From Thermoproteota archaeon (GTDB taxonomy: Archaea; Thermoproteota; EX4484-205; JAAOZP01), in the NCBI GenBank assembly GCA_038848185.1, contig JAWCNV010000005.1, forward strand, positions 18,983-82,982: DNA of 64,000 bases. The letters run 5' to 3'. Positions 37,603 through 47,999 of the stretch are shown here, one piece after another; position 1 is the first letter of the stretch; every line of letters begins with the position of its first letter. Position numbers and translations under genes: made by a program. The notes beneath the pieces are model-generated. The model saw nothing but the letters and a program-made list of their open reading frames with translations, was not told where the DNA came from and searched no databases.

Positions 37603-39183
37603 CTATTTTACTACTTGTTCTAGTTCAAGGTCTCGAAGAGCCCACGATATCTTGCGTTGAAGAGACTTAGAGTATATTTTACTCCAATCAAAGGAGGTTT
37701 TTCTACTCCACTCTAAATATATTCTTGGATCGATGTAGCTGTTTAAGCTAGTGTTAAGATTATAGTCTTTCGTTCTCCTCATCAATTCAAGCTTTATCCT
37801 CTCCTTCTGAAGCTTTTCCCTTAGATTCTTCAACCTCCTCTTCCTAGCTTTAGTAGGCTTCTCTTTAAGCATCTTTTTAACATCCTCTATATCCTGAATA
37901 ACTTTCTCGACTCTTTGAACCTGTTTCTCAACACGCGCACTCCAGTTTTTAGGAAGCGTCTTCTTATGATTCAGGGTCTTCGCCGCCTCAAGATTTGCAA
38001 GCTTAGCTACGAAGAGCTTTCTAAACTCAGGGTCTTCAGGACGCGTCTTAAACTCGTAAAGCTTGTCAAGAACCGCTTGGGAAGCATAATACGTTCTAAA
38101 TATTTTTGAAGTCAACCCAGACATGACTTTAGATAAATAGGCATTAACATGCTCAGATCTAAGCCTTGGAAATATCCTTCTCCCCGGAGTCTTATCTATA
38201 AGCTCCTTAAGGTTTCTAACGACAATCGGGGGAAGATTAACCTTACGATGAAAACGGACCGCGGCCTTTCCAAGGAAGTCAAACTCAACAGTATCCTCGC
38301 TTATTATCTTAACGTTATTCTTAGTTAAAGTTGTAACCCCCTTAGTATCTAATTCGTCCTTATCCTTCTCGTCACCAACCCTGAGCTTGAGAAGATCTAT
38401 AAGAAAGATTGCGGTTGCAACCTGTCTTTCAAACTCGTCCTGAGACTCCAAACCTTTTCTTACAAGTCCTCTTATCTTCCCCAGTTTGTTTCTGAGACTC
38501 ATTGCCATTTCAAACTTATTTTTCTCCCTCTCCTGCTTAACTGGAGCAGTCTCCCCGACCCATATGTATTTCATTTTACCAGTAAGCTTATCCTTCCACC
38601 TAGCTATCCAGATAGCATCTGGATCCCAAGTTCGCCCGCCCCATTCTCCGCCGTCTGGAGTTGGTGGCGTCGGAGCATCTGGCGAAAGGTTCAGAGTAAT
38701 ATCCTCATAACCTACTCTCGGCTTCCATCTTCCTCTTAATGGATGCTTACCTTTTCCAATGTAGATACAGGGGGGTTCAACAGTATATCTTATCTCTACC
38801 TTTTCACCATCGATTATAGCGTAACCATACTTCTGCTTAAGCTCCTCCCTGACACGTTTTCTTTCCTCGCTTAACGCTTTCTTCTCCTCTTTAGTCAACA
38901 TCTCTTTTCTCCTCTTCTCCTCTTCAACCCACTGCTTAACCTCTGAGAAGTCTATTGAATTATTCTGGGGAGAACTGTTTACACCCAATGCAGCATAGAA
39001 GTCTTTCAGAAAGTTCTTTACAAAGACCTTGTCCTCCATTCTTTCTGGAGGTTGTTTTGCAAATGCTACGGCCATTTCCTCTTGCTCAGGGGTTAGTTTA
39101 ATCCTGTTCCCATTAACCGTGATGGAAAGCTCTTTATACTCGTAGGGAGGGATTAAGACCCCGTTGTGAATCAATTGTTTCAT
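37603..39183 (-). CDS. top1B: DNA topoisomerase IB (eukaryotic-like archaeal type)
   Basis: Catalytic pentad present: LRVG (R), FLGK (K), FRTY (R), NH (H), NSYIDPR (Y). Also GKHPLRG and a coiled-coil linker. Confidence 0.95.
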   Translation of the reverse strand: MKQLIHNGVLIPPYEYKELSITVNGNRIKLTPEQEEMAVAFAKQPPERMEDKVFVKNFLKDFYAALGVNSSPQNNSIDFSEVKQWVEEEKRRKEMLTKEEKKALSEERKRVREELKQKYGYAIIDGEKVEIRYTVEPPCIYIGKGKHPLRGRWKPRVGYEDITLNLSPDAPTPPTPDGGEWGGRTWDPDAIWIARWKDKLTGKMKYIWVGETAPVKQEREKNKFEMAMSLRNKLGKIRGLVRKGLESQDEFERQVATAIFLIDLLKLRVGDEKDKDELDTKGVTTLTKNNVKIISEDTVEFDFLGKAAVRFHRKVNLPPIVVRNLKELIDKTPGRRIFPRLRSEHVNAYLSKVMSGLTSKIFRTYYASQAVLDKLYEFKTRPEDPEFRKLFVAKLANLEAAKTLNHKKTLPKNWSARVEKQVQRVEKVIQDIEDVKKMLKEKPTKARKRRLKNLREKLQKERIKLELMRRTKDYNLNTSLNSYIDPRIYLEWSRKTSFDWSKIYSKSLQRKISWALRDLELEQVVK

Positions 39184-39288
39184 GAAGCTTGTTCAGCTGT
39201 TCCCTTCCACGGGTTTTAAAAAGTTTCTCTTAAACCAGTATTAAACGATGGGAAAAATTTATATGAACATCTTGTTGTTTTCAAGGCC

Positions 39289-39873
39289 CTATTTAAAGCC
39301 TCTTACTGTTTCGCCTATCTTCACCCAGTCCTCAATCATTACTTCAGACACTCTAGGGTTGTAAAGAGCTGTTGCAGGATGGTATGAAGGAACCATCTTG
39401 AAGCTTCCATATGATAAAGTGCTCACGTTAAATATTCTACCGTGAATACTGCCTATGGATGCAAGTCTCAGATTAAACCTTTTGAAGAGGGTGCTTGTGG
39501 CAACATTGCCAAGTGTAACGATTACCTTTGGTTTTATAGACTGGATTTGCACACTCAGATATGGGAAGCATGTCTCCACCTCGTCGTCAGTAGGCTCCCT
39601 GTTTTCCGGAGGACGACATTTAACAACATTAGTTATATAAACCTCGTTCCTCTCGAGCCCAGCTGCCTTAAGCAATATTTCATTCAAAAACCGTCCAGCC
39701 TGACCTACAAAGGGTCGACCCTCCCTGTCCTCGTTAAACCCAGGGGCCTCACCTATCAGCATTACGCTAGCTTTCAAGTCCCCTTCTCCGAAAACGACGT
39801 TAGTCCTACTTTCACTCAGCCTACATTTCCTACACCGCATCGCCTCGTTTAAAGCGCTCTCAAACTCATCCAA
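39289..39873 (-). CDS. udg: Family-4 uracil-DNA glycosylase (Fe-S)
   Basis: CRKCRL, GEAPG, NVVKCRPPENR and YHPA. Confidence 0.93.
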   Translation of the reverse strand: MDEFESALNEAMRCRKCRLSESRTNVVFGEGDLKASVMLIGEAPGFNEDREGRPFVGQAGRFLNEILLKAAGLERNEVYITNVVKCRPPENREPTDDEVETCFPYLSVQIQSIKPKVIVTLGNVATSTLFKRFNLRLASIGSIHGRIFNVSTLSYGSFKMVPSYHPATALYNPRVSEVMIEDWVKIGETVRGFK

Positions 39874-39919
39874 CCCTTTTCACAACCCATTTCCGCCAGA
39901 TATGAATCTTACGAGAAGA

Positions 39920-40444
39920 CTAATCCTTAAGACGAAGCCCTGTTTTAACCATTGAAGCATATTCTGCAAGCCTCTTCCCAAGCAGCCTACAGGCCTTCAA
40001 CTCGTCTGCTCCCGGATTCCTAACTGAAACTGCCCCATAATGCAACGTAACATTTGGAGCAACGTAATCCGGAACTCCGAAAACCAGCATACCGTAGTTC
40101 AACATCATGAGGATTATTGAGAGACACGCCATTTCGTTTCCTCCTCCGAATCCTCCTGAGCTGCTGAATGCAGCCCCAACTTTTCCATTCATCTTACCCC
40201 ATGCAGGAATAGCAATCTTAGTAAATAATTCGTTCATTTTAGTAGACATGACTCCGCAATGAGTGGGGGTGCCGAAGGCGAATCCGTCGTTCTCAAGAAA
40301 ATCTTCGACAGTTATGTCAGCAACCTTCTTCAAAGATACTTCTGCACCGGCTATACTAGCGCCTTCAGCAACAGCCTTAGCCATCTTCTCAGTGTTACCG
40401 GTTTGACTATCATATGCAACTAGGATCCTAACTTTTTCAGACAT
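39920..40444 (-). CDS. WrbA-like flavodoxin / NAD(P)H:quinone oxidoreductase
   Basis: YDSQTGNTEKMA, GTPT and SSGGFGGGNE; start refined to MSEKV. Confidence 0.85.
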   Translation of the reverse strand: MSEKVRILVAYDSQTGNTEKMAKAVAEGASIAGAEVSLKKVADITVEDFLENDGFAFGTPTHCGVMSTKMNELFTKIAIPAWGKMNGKVGAAFSSSGGFGGGNEMACLSIILMMLNYGMLVFGVPDYVAPNVTLHYGAVSVRNPGADELKACRLLGKRLAEYASMVKTGLRLKD

Positions 40445-40546
40445 GAAAACATATGAATTTAACCCCATCTTAAAACTTTCCTCGTGCCAATAAGATTCTT
40501 CGCGCTACATTTTAATAGGAGGATTCAGGATTATTCTCGATCCAGC

Positions 40547-41671
40547 ATGATAAGGGATCTAAGGGATCAGGCTAGGTTAAGAAGTAAAGAAGAGATTTTA
40601 AGTCAGCTTGTCGAATTCAAGATTGAACCCAAGTTCTCAGCAGGAGTATGGTACTTCTCACCTGCCAAGTCTAGGTTTCATGACACTTATGGTGAGACAC
40701 GAAAGATAGAGGAAATTTTAAATATTGTGCTTAAGCTATACGACGAGAAAGTTATAGACAGCAGCTTTAGACTTGAAGCACACTACCCCAATGAGGTTAA
40801 CGAGGACAACGTGGATAAGTATAGGCAGCTTGAAAAGGAAACCGGTATTAAACTGATAACTGTTATACCCAATCTTTTCTACGATAAGATTTTCGAATTC
40901 GGCTCCCTGTCCAACCCTATTAAGGAAGTCAGAGACCATGCGATAGACAGAACAATCAAAGCCTTAAAGATGAACAAGGAGCTGGATACGAGCTTCATGG
41001 TAGTTTGGCCAGGGATAGACGGTTATGAGAACCCATTTGGCATGGATTTCTTAGGAATGTGGGAGAGATTTGAAACCGGTTTAGCACAGGCTATGGACAA
41101 GGTTCCGGGAGTGAGAGTCGCGATAGAGCCTAAACCCTATGAGCCAAGGGGAAATAATATTTACAGGAATACTGCAAACGGCATTCTAGCAGCCCAGAGA
41201 ATTGAAAAACTCTTGAAATCTGATGAGAATAAGAAGCTGCTTGAACAGGGTCACGCGATGGTTGCTTTAAACCCGGAGGTTGGACATGTTCTCATGGGGC
41301 ATGAAGAACTTGCATATGCTTTCGCCTCAATACTTAGGGAAGGAAGGTTAGCACATACTCACTGGAACAGTCAGCCCCTCGGGAACTATGATCAAGATCT
41401 TAACGTTGGGGTTTTAGCATTAGATCAACTGTATGCAGCTTTATTTGTTCTAAAGATGCATAACTATAGAGAGTATTTTGGAATAGACATTAATCCTGAG
41501 CGGATGAGTGTTGAAACAGCTTTAAAAATCAACATTAAAGCGATTAGAAATGCCTGTAAGAGGCTTAACAATCTTAGCTATGAGGATCACAGTCGCATCG
41601 TTGACGCAATGTTCAATCCCGAAAAGAATAGAGGAGTAGTTGAAGAGGTCTTCATAAAGTCTTTTGAGTGA
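40547..41671 (+). CDS. xylA: Xylose isomerase-like sugar isomerase (class I-like)
   Basis: GVW, WPGIDG, EPKPYEPRG, NPEVGH, HWNSQ...YDQDL. Start refined to ATG 40547 by TATA spacing. Substrate inferred from xylB in the window. Confidence 0.75.
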   Translation: MIRDLRDQARLRSKEEILSQLVEFKIEPKFSAGVWYFSPAKSRFHDTYGETRKIEEILNIVLKLYDEKVIDSSFRLEAHYPNEVNEDNVDKYRQLEKETGIKLITVIPNLFYDKIFEFGSLSNPIKEVRDHAIDRTIKALKMNKELDTSFMVVWPGIDGYENPFGMDFLGMWERFETGLAQAMDKVPGVRVAIEPKPYEPRGNNIYRNTANGILAAQRIEKLLKSDENKKLLEQGHAMVALNPEVGHVLMGHEELAYAFASILREGRLAHTHWNSQPLGNYDQDLNVGVLALDQLYAALFVLKMHNYREYFGIDINPERMSVETALKINIKAIRNACKRLNNLSYEDHSRIVDAMFNPEKNRGVVEEVFIKSFE

Positions 41672-41756
41672 ACTCTTAGCAACCAAACCAGTTGGATAAC
41701 CCATTTTTGTCATTGAAAATACTTACAAAGCCTTAATTGAAAAAGACTTCTGATAA

Positions 41757-43916
41757 GTGTTAGAATCCTGCAAACGTGAGAATTTGAAGCTGAACAATGA
41801 AAAAAGAATTCTAATTCTCTCAATTACACTACTGTTTTTTCCACTACTCATAAGCATTATTTCATGTAAAGCGGATCTCCAGTCTGAAAAATCTGCGTTC
41901 TTAACGCTGATAAACCAGTATAGGCAGCAGAACGGTGTTTCTCCACTTGCTGTTTCAAACGCTTTGACTACTGCAGCGCAACTACATAGTGAAGACATGG
42001 CCACTAACAACTATTTTTCCCACACAAGCCTCGATGGCAGGACGTTCGTGGACAGGATTAGGCAGGCAGGCTATACTTACGACACTTGGCTGGGCGAGAA
42101 CATAGCAGCAGGCTACAGCACAGCACAATCAGTATTCAACGCTTGGAAAAACTCTCCAGGACATAACGCAAACATGTTAAACCCAAATTTCAAGGTTATA
42201 GGTATAGGACTTGCCTACAGTGCAAGTTCAACCTACAAGTGGTATTGGACAACTGATTTCGGAGGCTATGATGATTCAGGAGGCGGTAGTCCACCTCCGC
42301 CACCTACGCCACCACCGTCGCCTCCGCCGAGCATAAACAATCCGCCGTCCCGACCAGGAAAACCTTCAGGGCCTTCTTTAGGGCATGTTGACGACAGCTA
42401 CGTTTTTACAACTTCATCCACTGACCCTGATGGAGACTCAATATCCTATGTATTTGATTGGGGCGATGGCAAATACTCGATAACAGACTACATTGCTTCA
42501 GGAACCGCCGTAGGGTTAAACCACTCTTGGGTAGAACCGGGAAACTATAGTATAAGAGTTATGGCGAAGGACAGTCATGGAGCAAGCTCGTCTTGGTCGT
42601 TGGCTACAAAGATACGGATAATCGTTCCAATATTTGAGATAACCTTTAGCTCTAATCTTACAAACATGAGCATTAACGTGGATGGAGTCAACTATTCCCT
42701 GCCCGTAAGATTTCAATGGCCTAAGGGAAGCATTCATACAGTAAGCATGGAAGAAGCACGCCAATTTTCGGAAATGGAACGCTACGCGTTTAAATGGTGG
42801 AGTGATGGAAACGAGAGTAGAACCAGGGTCATAAAGATTATTGAGCCGGTTGTTTTTGAAGCGGTTTACGCGGTTCAATACCTTTTCTCCTTCAGCATAG
42901 AGCCAGGTAGAACTGATTCCAAATGGTATGATGCCCAGTCGGTAATCCATCTTTCAGTAAATTCTTCAATTATCCAGTTGAGCCTAGATTCGAGACTTGT
43001 TTTTAAAAAATGGTCGAACAATGTCTCAGATGTGGCGATAAACATATTATTAAACGAGCCCGGGTCTGTGGAGGCCAAATGGAGTAAGCAGTTTCTGCTT
43101 CAAGTACTATCACCATACGGGAATGTTAACGGAGCAGGATGGTACGACGAAAACTCTGCAGCAAACTTTTCCTTGCATCCTGAAATCCTAGACTGTGGCA
43201 ACGGTACCAGAAGAGTTTTTGAATCATGGACCGGCGAGGGAGAGGGAAGCTACTCTGGAGCGGGGGCAAATCAAACCATTGTAATTAGGAACCCGGTTAA
43301 CGAGACAGCCTTTTGGAGGTCGGAGCATTATCTGACTATCAACTCTACATACGGTAGTCCGCTTGGAGCAGGCTGGTACAACGAGTCTTCAGCAGCAAGA
43401 ATATTCATAGAGCCCATGGTTTACGAGGCGCCGGAAATACGTCATGTATTCCTAGGCTGGGAGGGAGACCTCAGGGGCAATGAAAGTAGCATGACAATCA
43501 CCATTAATTCGCCGGTGTTTTTAAGGGCGAAATGGTCATCAGAGTTCTATCTCAACATTAGCTCAAAGTATGGTGAGGTTTGGGGAGGGGGATGGTACGT
43601 TGAGAACTCGACCGCATCTTTCGGTGTTAAGCCACCGTCTCCAAGCATAATAACGTATGTGTTTGAAGGGTGGGAGGGGGACATGAGTGCCCAAGCTTTA
43701 AACTCCAGCATACTTATGGATAGGCCTAAGAAAATCGTTGCGAAATGGCGTGAAGACTATACTCGATTAATTATCATATGTTCATCCGCTTCAGCAGCAT
43801 TTATCACAATACTCCTGTATTACAAATACAAAAAGAGGCAAACACCACCCGTAGACAAGAAGCAAAATAAGTATAACGACTACAGCAGTATCGCAGACAC
43901 GAGGTTCAACCTATAG
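41757..43916 (+). CDS. Surface protein: CAP/SCP domain, poly-Pro linker, PKD domain, InlB-B-like repeats, C-terminal TM
   Basis: LINQYRQQNG...HSEDM...ENIAAG...WKNSPGHNANM (CAP); DWGDG (PKD); three to four GxGWY...FxxWxGD repeats; many sequons. Start uncertain. Confidence 0.85.
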   Translation: MLESCKRENLKLNNEKRILILSITLLFFPLLISIISCKADLQSEKSAFLTLINQYRQQNGVSPLAVSNALTTAAQLHSEDMATNNYFSHTSLDGRTFVDRIRQAGYTYDTWLGENIAAGYSTAQSVFNAWKNSPGHNANMLNPNFKVIGIGLAYSASSTYKWYWTTDFGGYDDSGGGSPPPPPTPPPSPPPSINNPPSRPGKPSGPSLGHVDDSYVFTTSSTDPDGDSISYVFDWGDGKYSITDYIASGTAVGLNHSWVEPGNYSIRVMAKDSHGASSSWSLATKIRIIVPIFEITFSSNLTNMSINVDGVNYSLPVRFQWPKGSIHTVSMEEARQFSEMERYAFKWWSDGNESRTRVIKIIEPVVFEAVYAVQYLFSFSIEPGRTDSKWYDAQSVIHLSVNSSIIQLSLDSRLVFKKWSNNVSDVAINILLNEPGSVEAKWSKQFLLQVLSPYGNVNGAGWYDENSAANFSLHPEILDCGNGTRRVFESWTGEGEGSYSGAGANQTIVIRNPVNETAFWRSEHYLTINSTYGSPLGAGWYNESSAARIFIEPMVYEAPEIRHVFLGWEGDLRGNESSMTITINSPVFLRAKWSSEFYLNISSKYGEVWGGGWYVENSTASFGVKPPSPSIITYVFEGWEGDMSAQALNSSILMDRPKKIVAKWREDYTRLIIICSSASAAFITILLYYKYKKRQTPPVDKKQNKYNDYSSIADTRFNL

Positions 43917-44072
43917 AATGATCAGAGAATCATTGAGGAAATATTAACAAAATCTTTCGAACAGCCTTGTTTTGAACGCTCATCATTTAGCGGTCTCGTT
44001 ATAAACAAGTTTTTTAGACAGGTCAAGAACAGAGGTATTAAATACTAAAACCAGGTAACATAATAATAGACA

Positions 44073-45041
44073 ATGGAATCTGTTAGGAGAACTGAGTTGT
44101 TCGAAACATTGGCTCACGAGACTAGGATCAAGATTCTTAAAGCTCTGGAAAACCAGCAACTTAGCTTCGCTGAGCTTAAGAGGACTCTAGAAATAGAAAG
44201 CAGCGGTAATCTCCAGCATCACATTGCAAAGCTTGGTGATTTAATTAAGCAAACAGAAGAAGGAAAGTATACTCTCAGCGATGATGGAAGAGAAGCATTA
44301 AGAATATTGAATACAATAGAAGAAGTCGATAAAGAACCATTGAGCCTGTATTCCAAGAAAAGTTTAACCCCGAACAGGCGGAATTTGATCGCGTTAAGCC
44401 TTCTGTTTCTAGTGGCTACAGTATCCTTGCTGTTTGTGTTGTTACAATACCTACAATTAAGAAATTCAATTCCGTTATATGGAAGCATTAGTTTCAGCAA
44501 TGGCAAGGTACAGATAGGAGGAAAAGAATACTATTATTTGATTCTAAATACACCTGATTTACAACTGTTGAGAGAAATTACTTTTCACGGTGTGAGATTC
44601 AGTTATCAGCCTTTAAGTCAATTACCTCAATTAGCCATTGAACAATTCAGCAATAATACTCAATCCCGATATAATTTAATTTTATCCCTAAGTAATGGAA
44701 CTATCAGACAGTATCAAGGTAAAATCGAATTCATTCTGATTAATAGTAATAATGTTTCAATGATTGTTTTTGGGGACCTAGCTATGAACAATATGAGTGA
44801 ACTTATCTCTTTTCCAGGCAAAATTATAGTACTGGGCAATTTTAGTAACCTCTTAATACCTGTAGAATATTTCAAAATCGAGTTCAACGATGGTGTTGCG
44901 GAGCTTGTCCAACCTATAACTTGGCCGCAGAATACGAATGCATTGGCAAACACGGGGGTTACAACGCATAAAAAACCAGAAGCAGGTGTTTTCAAGATAG
45001 GCCCTAATACGTTTATCCTCATAGTCAGTGTTGAAAAATAA
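44073..45041 (+). CDS. ArsR-like winged HTH fused to a TM helix and a probable extracytoplasmic domain
   Basis: LAHETRIKIL...SFAELKR...SSGNLQHH...YTLSDDG, then a hydrophobic helix and an Asn-rich domain with several sequons. Confidence 0.8.
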   Translation: MESVRRTELFETLAHETRIKILKALENQQLSFAELKRTLEIESSGNLQHHIAKLGDLIKQTEEGKYTLSDDGREALRILNTIEEVDKEPLSLYSKKSLTPNRRNLIALSLLFLVATVSLLFVLLQYLQLRNSIPLYGSISFSNGKVQIGGKEYYYLILNTPDLQLLREITFHGVRFSYQPLSQLPQLAIEQFSNNTQSRYNLILSLSNGTIRQYQGKIEFILINSNNVSMIVFGDLAMNNMSELISFPGKIIVLGNFSNLLIPVEYFKIEFNDGVAELVQPITWPQNTNALANTGVTTHKKPEAGVFKIGPNTFILIVSVEK

Positions 45042-45113
45042 ACGATTCGCGTATTCGTCGGTGGGAGAAGGTTAAAAAGAAAAGCTTATATGCGCTTTAA
45101 AAAACATTAGAAT

Positions 45114-46541
45114 ATGGGAAAGTTTCAGAAGAGATTTAACGAGGCTGAAACGGTTTTCAACTTTGACGATGTGATTCTGCTTCCTGGACTATCAAGAGTA
45201 GAGCCGAAAGAGATCGATTTAAGAACAAAGTTTTCGAAAAACATTCCGATCAATATTCCGCTCGTTTCTTCACCCATGGATACTGTAACTGAGTCTGAGA
45301 TGGCGATAGCTCTAGCTAGGCATGGTGGGATTGGAGTAATACATAGGAATTGCTCGGCTGAGGAAGAAGTCGAAATTGTGAAGATTGTTAAAAGATCAGA
45401 GTCGTTCATAATCAAGGAAGTCGTAACAATAAGCAGGGAAGCGAAAGTAGGGGAGGCGGCTGAGATTATGAAGAAACACAAGATTTCAGGGCTACCGGTT
45501 GTTGAAAACAATAAACTGGTTGGGATAATAACCGGGAGAGATGTTAGATTTACCGATCCTTCAGTAACGGTTGGCGAAGCCATGACGAAGGATGTTGTCG
45601 TGGCAAAGCCGGGTGTAACCCCGGATGAAGCGGTTGAGCTTATGAAGAAACACAAGGTGGAGAAGCTGCCGGTTGTAGACAAGAATGGGACACTGGTAGG
45701 ATTAATAACCTATAAGGATGTGGCCTTAAGAGGAGAATACAAGGGAGCCACTAGGGATGAGGAAGGAAGGCTGAGGGTTGCTGCAGCCGTCTCACCGTTT
45801 GACTTGGAGAGAGCCAAGCTCTTGGCGAAATATGCTGACGCATTGGTCATAGATGTTGCTCACTTCCACAATGAGAACGTGATTGAGGCAACCAGAAGAC
45901 TGGTTAAGGAAGTAGAGGTTGACATTATTATTGGAAACCTCGGTACTAAGGAAGGAGTTCTGGACTCGGTCTCCAGAATTGATAATGTCGCAGGCTTGAG
46001 AGTAGGGATTGGAAGCGGCTCCGTCTGCATAACAACTGATGTTACCAGAACAGGGGCACCGACGCTTTTCGCCGTCTCTCAGGCGGCGGAGGCACTTGAA
46101 GAAATCGGCATGGAGATCCCGGTGATCGCAGACGGAGGAGTGAGAAACCCGGGGGACGTAGCCTTGGCCGCTGCTTTCGGGGCTTCCTGCGTAATGCTGG
46201 GGTATGTTTTAGCAGGCTGCAAGGAAAGCCCTAGCCCAATGACTATAATAAACGAGAGGTATTTCAAGCTACACAGGGGCATGGGTAGTCAATCTGCTAG
46301 ACAGAAGAGAATGGCGTTGGACAGGTACGCGGTTTTCTCAAAGGAGATTCCGGAAGGCACAGAAGTCTGGATACCCTATAGGGGAGAGGTTGCTTCAGTA
46401 ATAAACGAGTTTACTTCGGGCGTAAAAGCAGCCATGGGTTACGCAGGAGCTTCAAGCCTGACAGAGCTACACAGGAAGAAAGTTGCGAAAGTCATATCTA
46501 AAAGAGAGAGGGTTGGCATAAGTATTAGCCAACTTAAGTAA
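45114..46541 (+). CDS. guaB: IMP dehydrogenase with CBS pair
   Basis: SSPMDTVT, CBS repeats, GIGSGSVCIT (catalytic Cys), ADGG and RGMGS. Confidence 0.96.
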   Translation: MGKFQKRFNEAETVFNFDDVILLPGLSRVEPKEIDLRTKFSKNIPINIPLVSSPMDTVTESEMAIALARHGGIGVIHRNCSAEEEVEIVKIVKRSESFIIKEVVTISREAKVGEAAEIMKKHKISGLPVVENNKLVGIITGRDVRFTDPSVTVGEAMTKDVVVAKPGVTPDEAVELMKKHKVEKLPVVDKNGTLVGLITYKDVALRGEYKGATRDEEGRLRVAAAVSPFDLERAKLLAKYADALVIDVAHFHNENVIEATRRLVKEVEVDIIIGNLGTKEGVLDSVSRIDNVAGLRVGIGSGSVCITTDVTRTGAPTLFAVSQAAEALEEIGMEIPVIADGGVRNPGDVALAAAFGASCVMLGYVLAGCKESPSPMTIINERYFKLHRGMGSQSARQKRMALDRYAVFSKEIPEGTEVWIPYRGEVASVINEFTSGVKAAMGYAGASSLTELHRKKVAKVISKRERVGISISQLK

Positions 46542-46605
46542 GCCGAGTAAGAAGAAATATATCATAGTAAGCTTTATATCATTCGGTTAAAATTATATTC
46601 ATCTC

Positions 46606-47781
46606 TTGAGTAGCCGGTTTGCGCCATCATTGATCCTAATGATTCTCATATCAACACCCTCAACCTTTTTAATATCTCCTCAACCTGCTATAAATAGACC
46701 ATTTACACAGGAAGCTAGGAGGTTTCTAGTGAATGCCGGTGAAACGAATGTCACTATAGCTGTTGTAGACTCAATCTCAGAAAAATTCGCTATAACAATT
46801 AATAATAACGGGGGAATTTACAACATAAGGATATCACAGATGAACTTCACCAACGCAGGAGGATGGTTCATCTGGTTTAATGCTTGGCAACAGCTTTATG
46901 GAAGCAACGCAACCAGTAAACCAATTGTGGAAGAGAAACAAGATTATGTATCGGCAACCTTTTTTGCGCAATACCAGGCATATCCCTTAGCGATTGTTAC
47001 GAATATGATAGTGTCGAAGAACGGTGTGATACTGATAAACACGAATCTAACAGCTGTCGAGGATGCAAGTGGTATAATTCAAATAGGCTGGGGATTCTGG
47101 TTTTTTCCTTTCAGCCTTTTCGGCGGAAGGTATGCGGAGGTTTGCAGGGAAGGGACCGTAATAAGGGTGGAGTTACCTGCAGAATATAATTCAGCCTTCA
47201 CCTCGTTCTACGATACTAGCAGATCCACCTCCTGGATGGATTTCAGCACCATATCAGAAGGATTAACCATGATAAATATTGCTCCTTCTTTATTCACAGG
47301 TTTTGCCATAGGGGACAACAGGAATGCGACTTCAACCGATGAGACTTTCAATGCACATTTCAGGCTCACCGGCTGGGGTAAAGGAGCCATGAAAAAGAAC
47401 GAGATGAGGACAGCTAGAATTGCGCTCTACATACATGAACCGGGAGGATATGAAACGAATAAAGATATGATAGATCTTATTGTTAAAATAGGGGAAACGG
47501 AGGATGAGGCGATCAACGCCATGACAACGTATAGGAGCTCCTCTGCAAAGGACTTTGCTCGTCAAGCGTTGCTGAGTGCACGTTCCGCTTATGAAAAAAT
47601 ATTTGCAGGCAATGTCTTCAGCGCAAAGAGTTTGCTGGAGGAAGCCTTAGACTTGATTAAAAGAGCGGAGGATGCTGAAAATAGCGCGGTTATAGTGAAT
47701 AACCTTCTTTGGTTAATACCTTTACTGATAATTGTAGCAACCATTATCATCATATATGTTCGCAGGAAGAAGCGGAGATAG
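46606..47781 (+). CDS. Uncharacterised membrane-anchored surface protein, paralog 1
   Basis: Signal-like N-terminus, beta-rich core, helical stalk, TM plus RRKKRR; homologous to 48000..49184 and 56183..57340. Confidence 0.8.
   Translation: MSSRFAPSLILMILISTPSTFLISPQPAINRPFTQEARRFLVNAGETNVTIAVVDSISEKFAITINNNGGIYNIRISQMNFTNAGGWFIWFNAWQQLYGSNATSKPIVEEKQDYVSATFFAQYQAYPLAIVTNMIVSKNGVILINTNLTAVEDASGIIQIGWGFWFFPFSLFGGRYAEVCREGTVIRVELPAEYNSAFTSFYDTSRSTSWMDFSTISEGLTMINIAPSLFTGFAIGDNRNATSTDETFNAHFRLTGWGKGAMKKNEMRTARIALYIHEPGGYETNKDMIDLIVKIGETEDEAINAMTTYRSSSAKDFARQALLSARSAYEKIFAGNVFSAKSLLEEALDLIKRAEDAENSAVIVNNLLWLIPLLIIVATIIIIYVRRKKRR
47110..47282 (+). repeat. 173-bp perfect repeat, copy 1 (inside paralog 1)
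   Basis: Identical to 48504-48676 (offset 1394). Confidence 0.95.
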
Positions 47782-47999
47782 TATTAATATAAGAGCCCAT
47801 CAATAATCAACAGTAAAAAACGGTTTTGAACCTGAAAAATTTAACAATGTCGACAGAGAAGCATCATTCGCCTGTAGTATGAAACAATATGGAAAGGTAA
47901 GCAATCATGCAATTAATAGCGAATATGAAAAACAAGATAAAGAATGATGATAGAGCAGCATAAAGTTTTTATACTTTTATGCTTAAGCCTTTCAACTTT

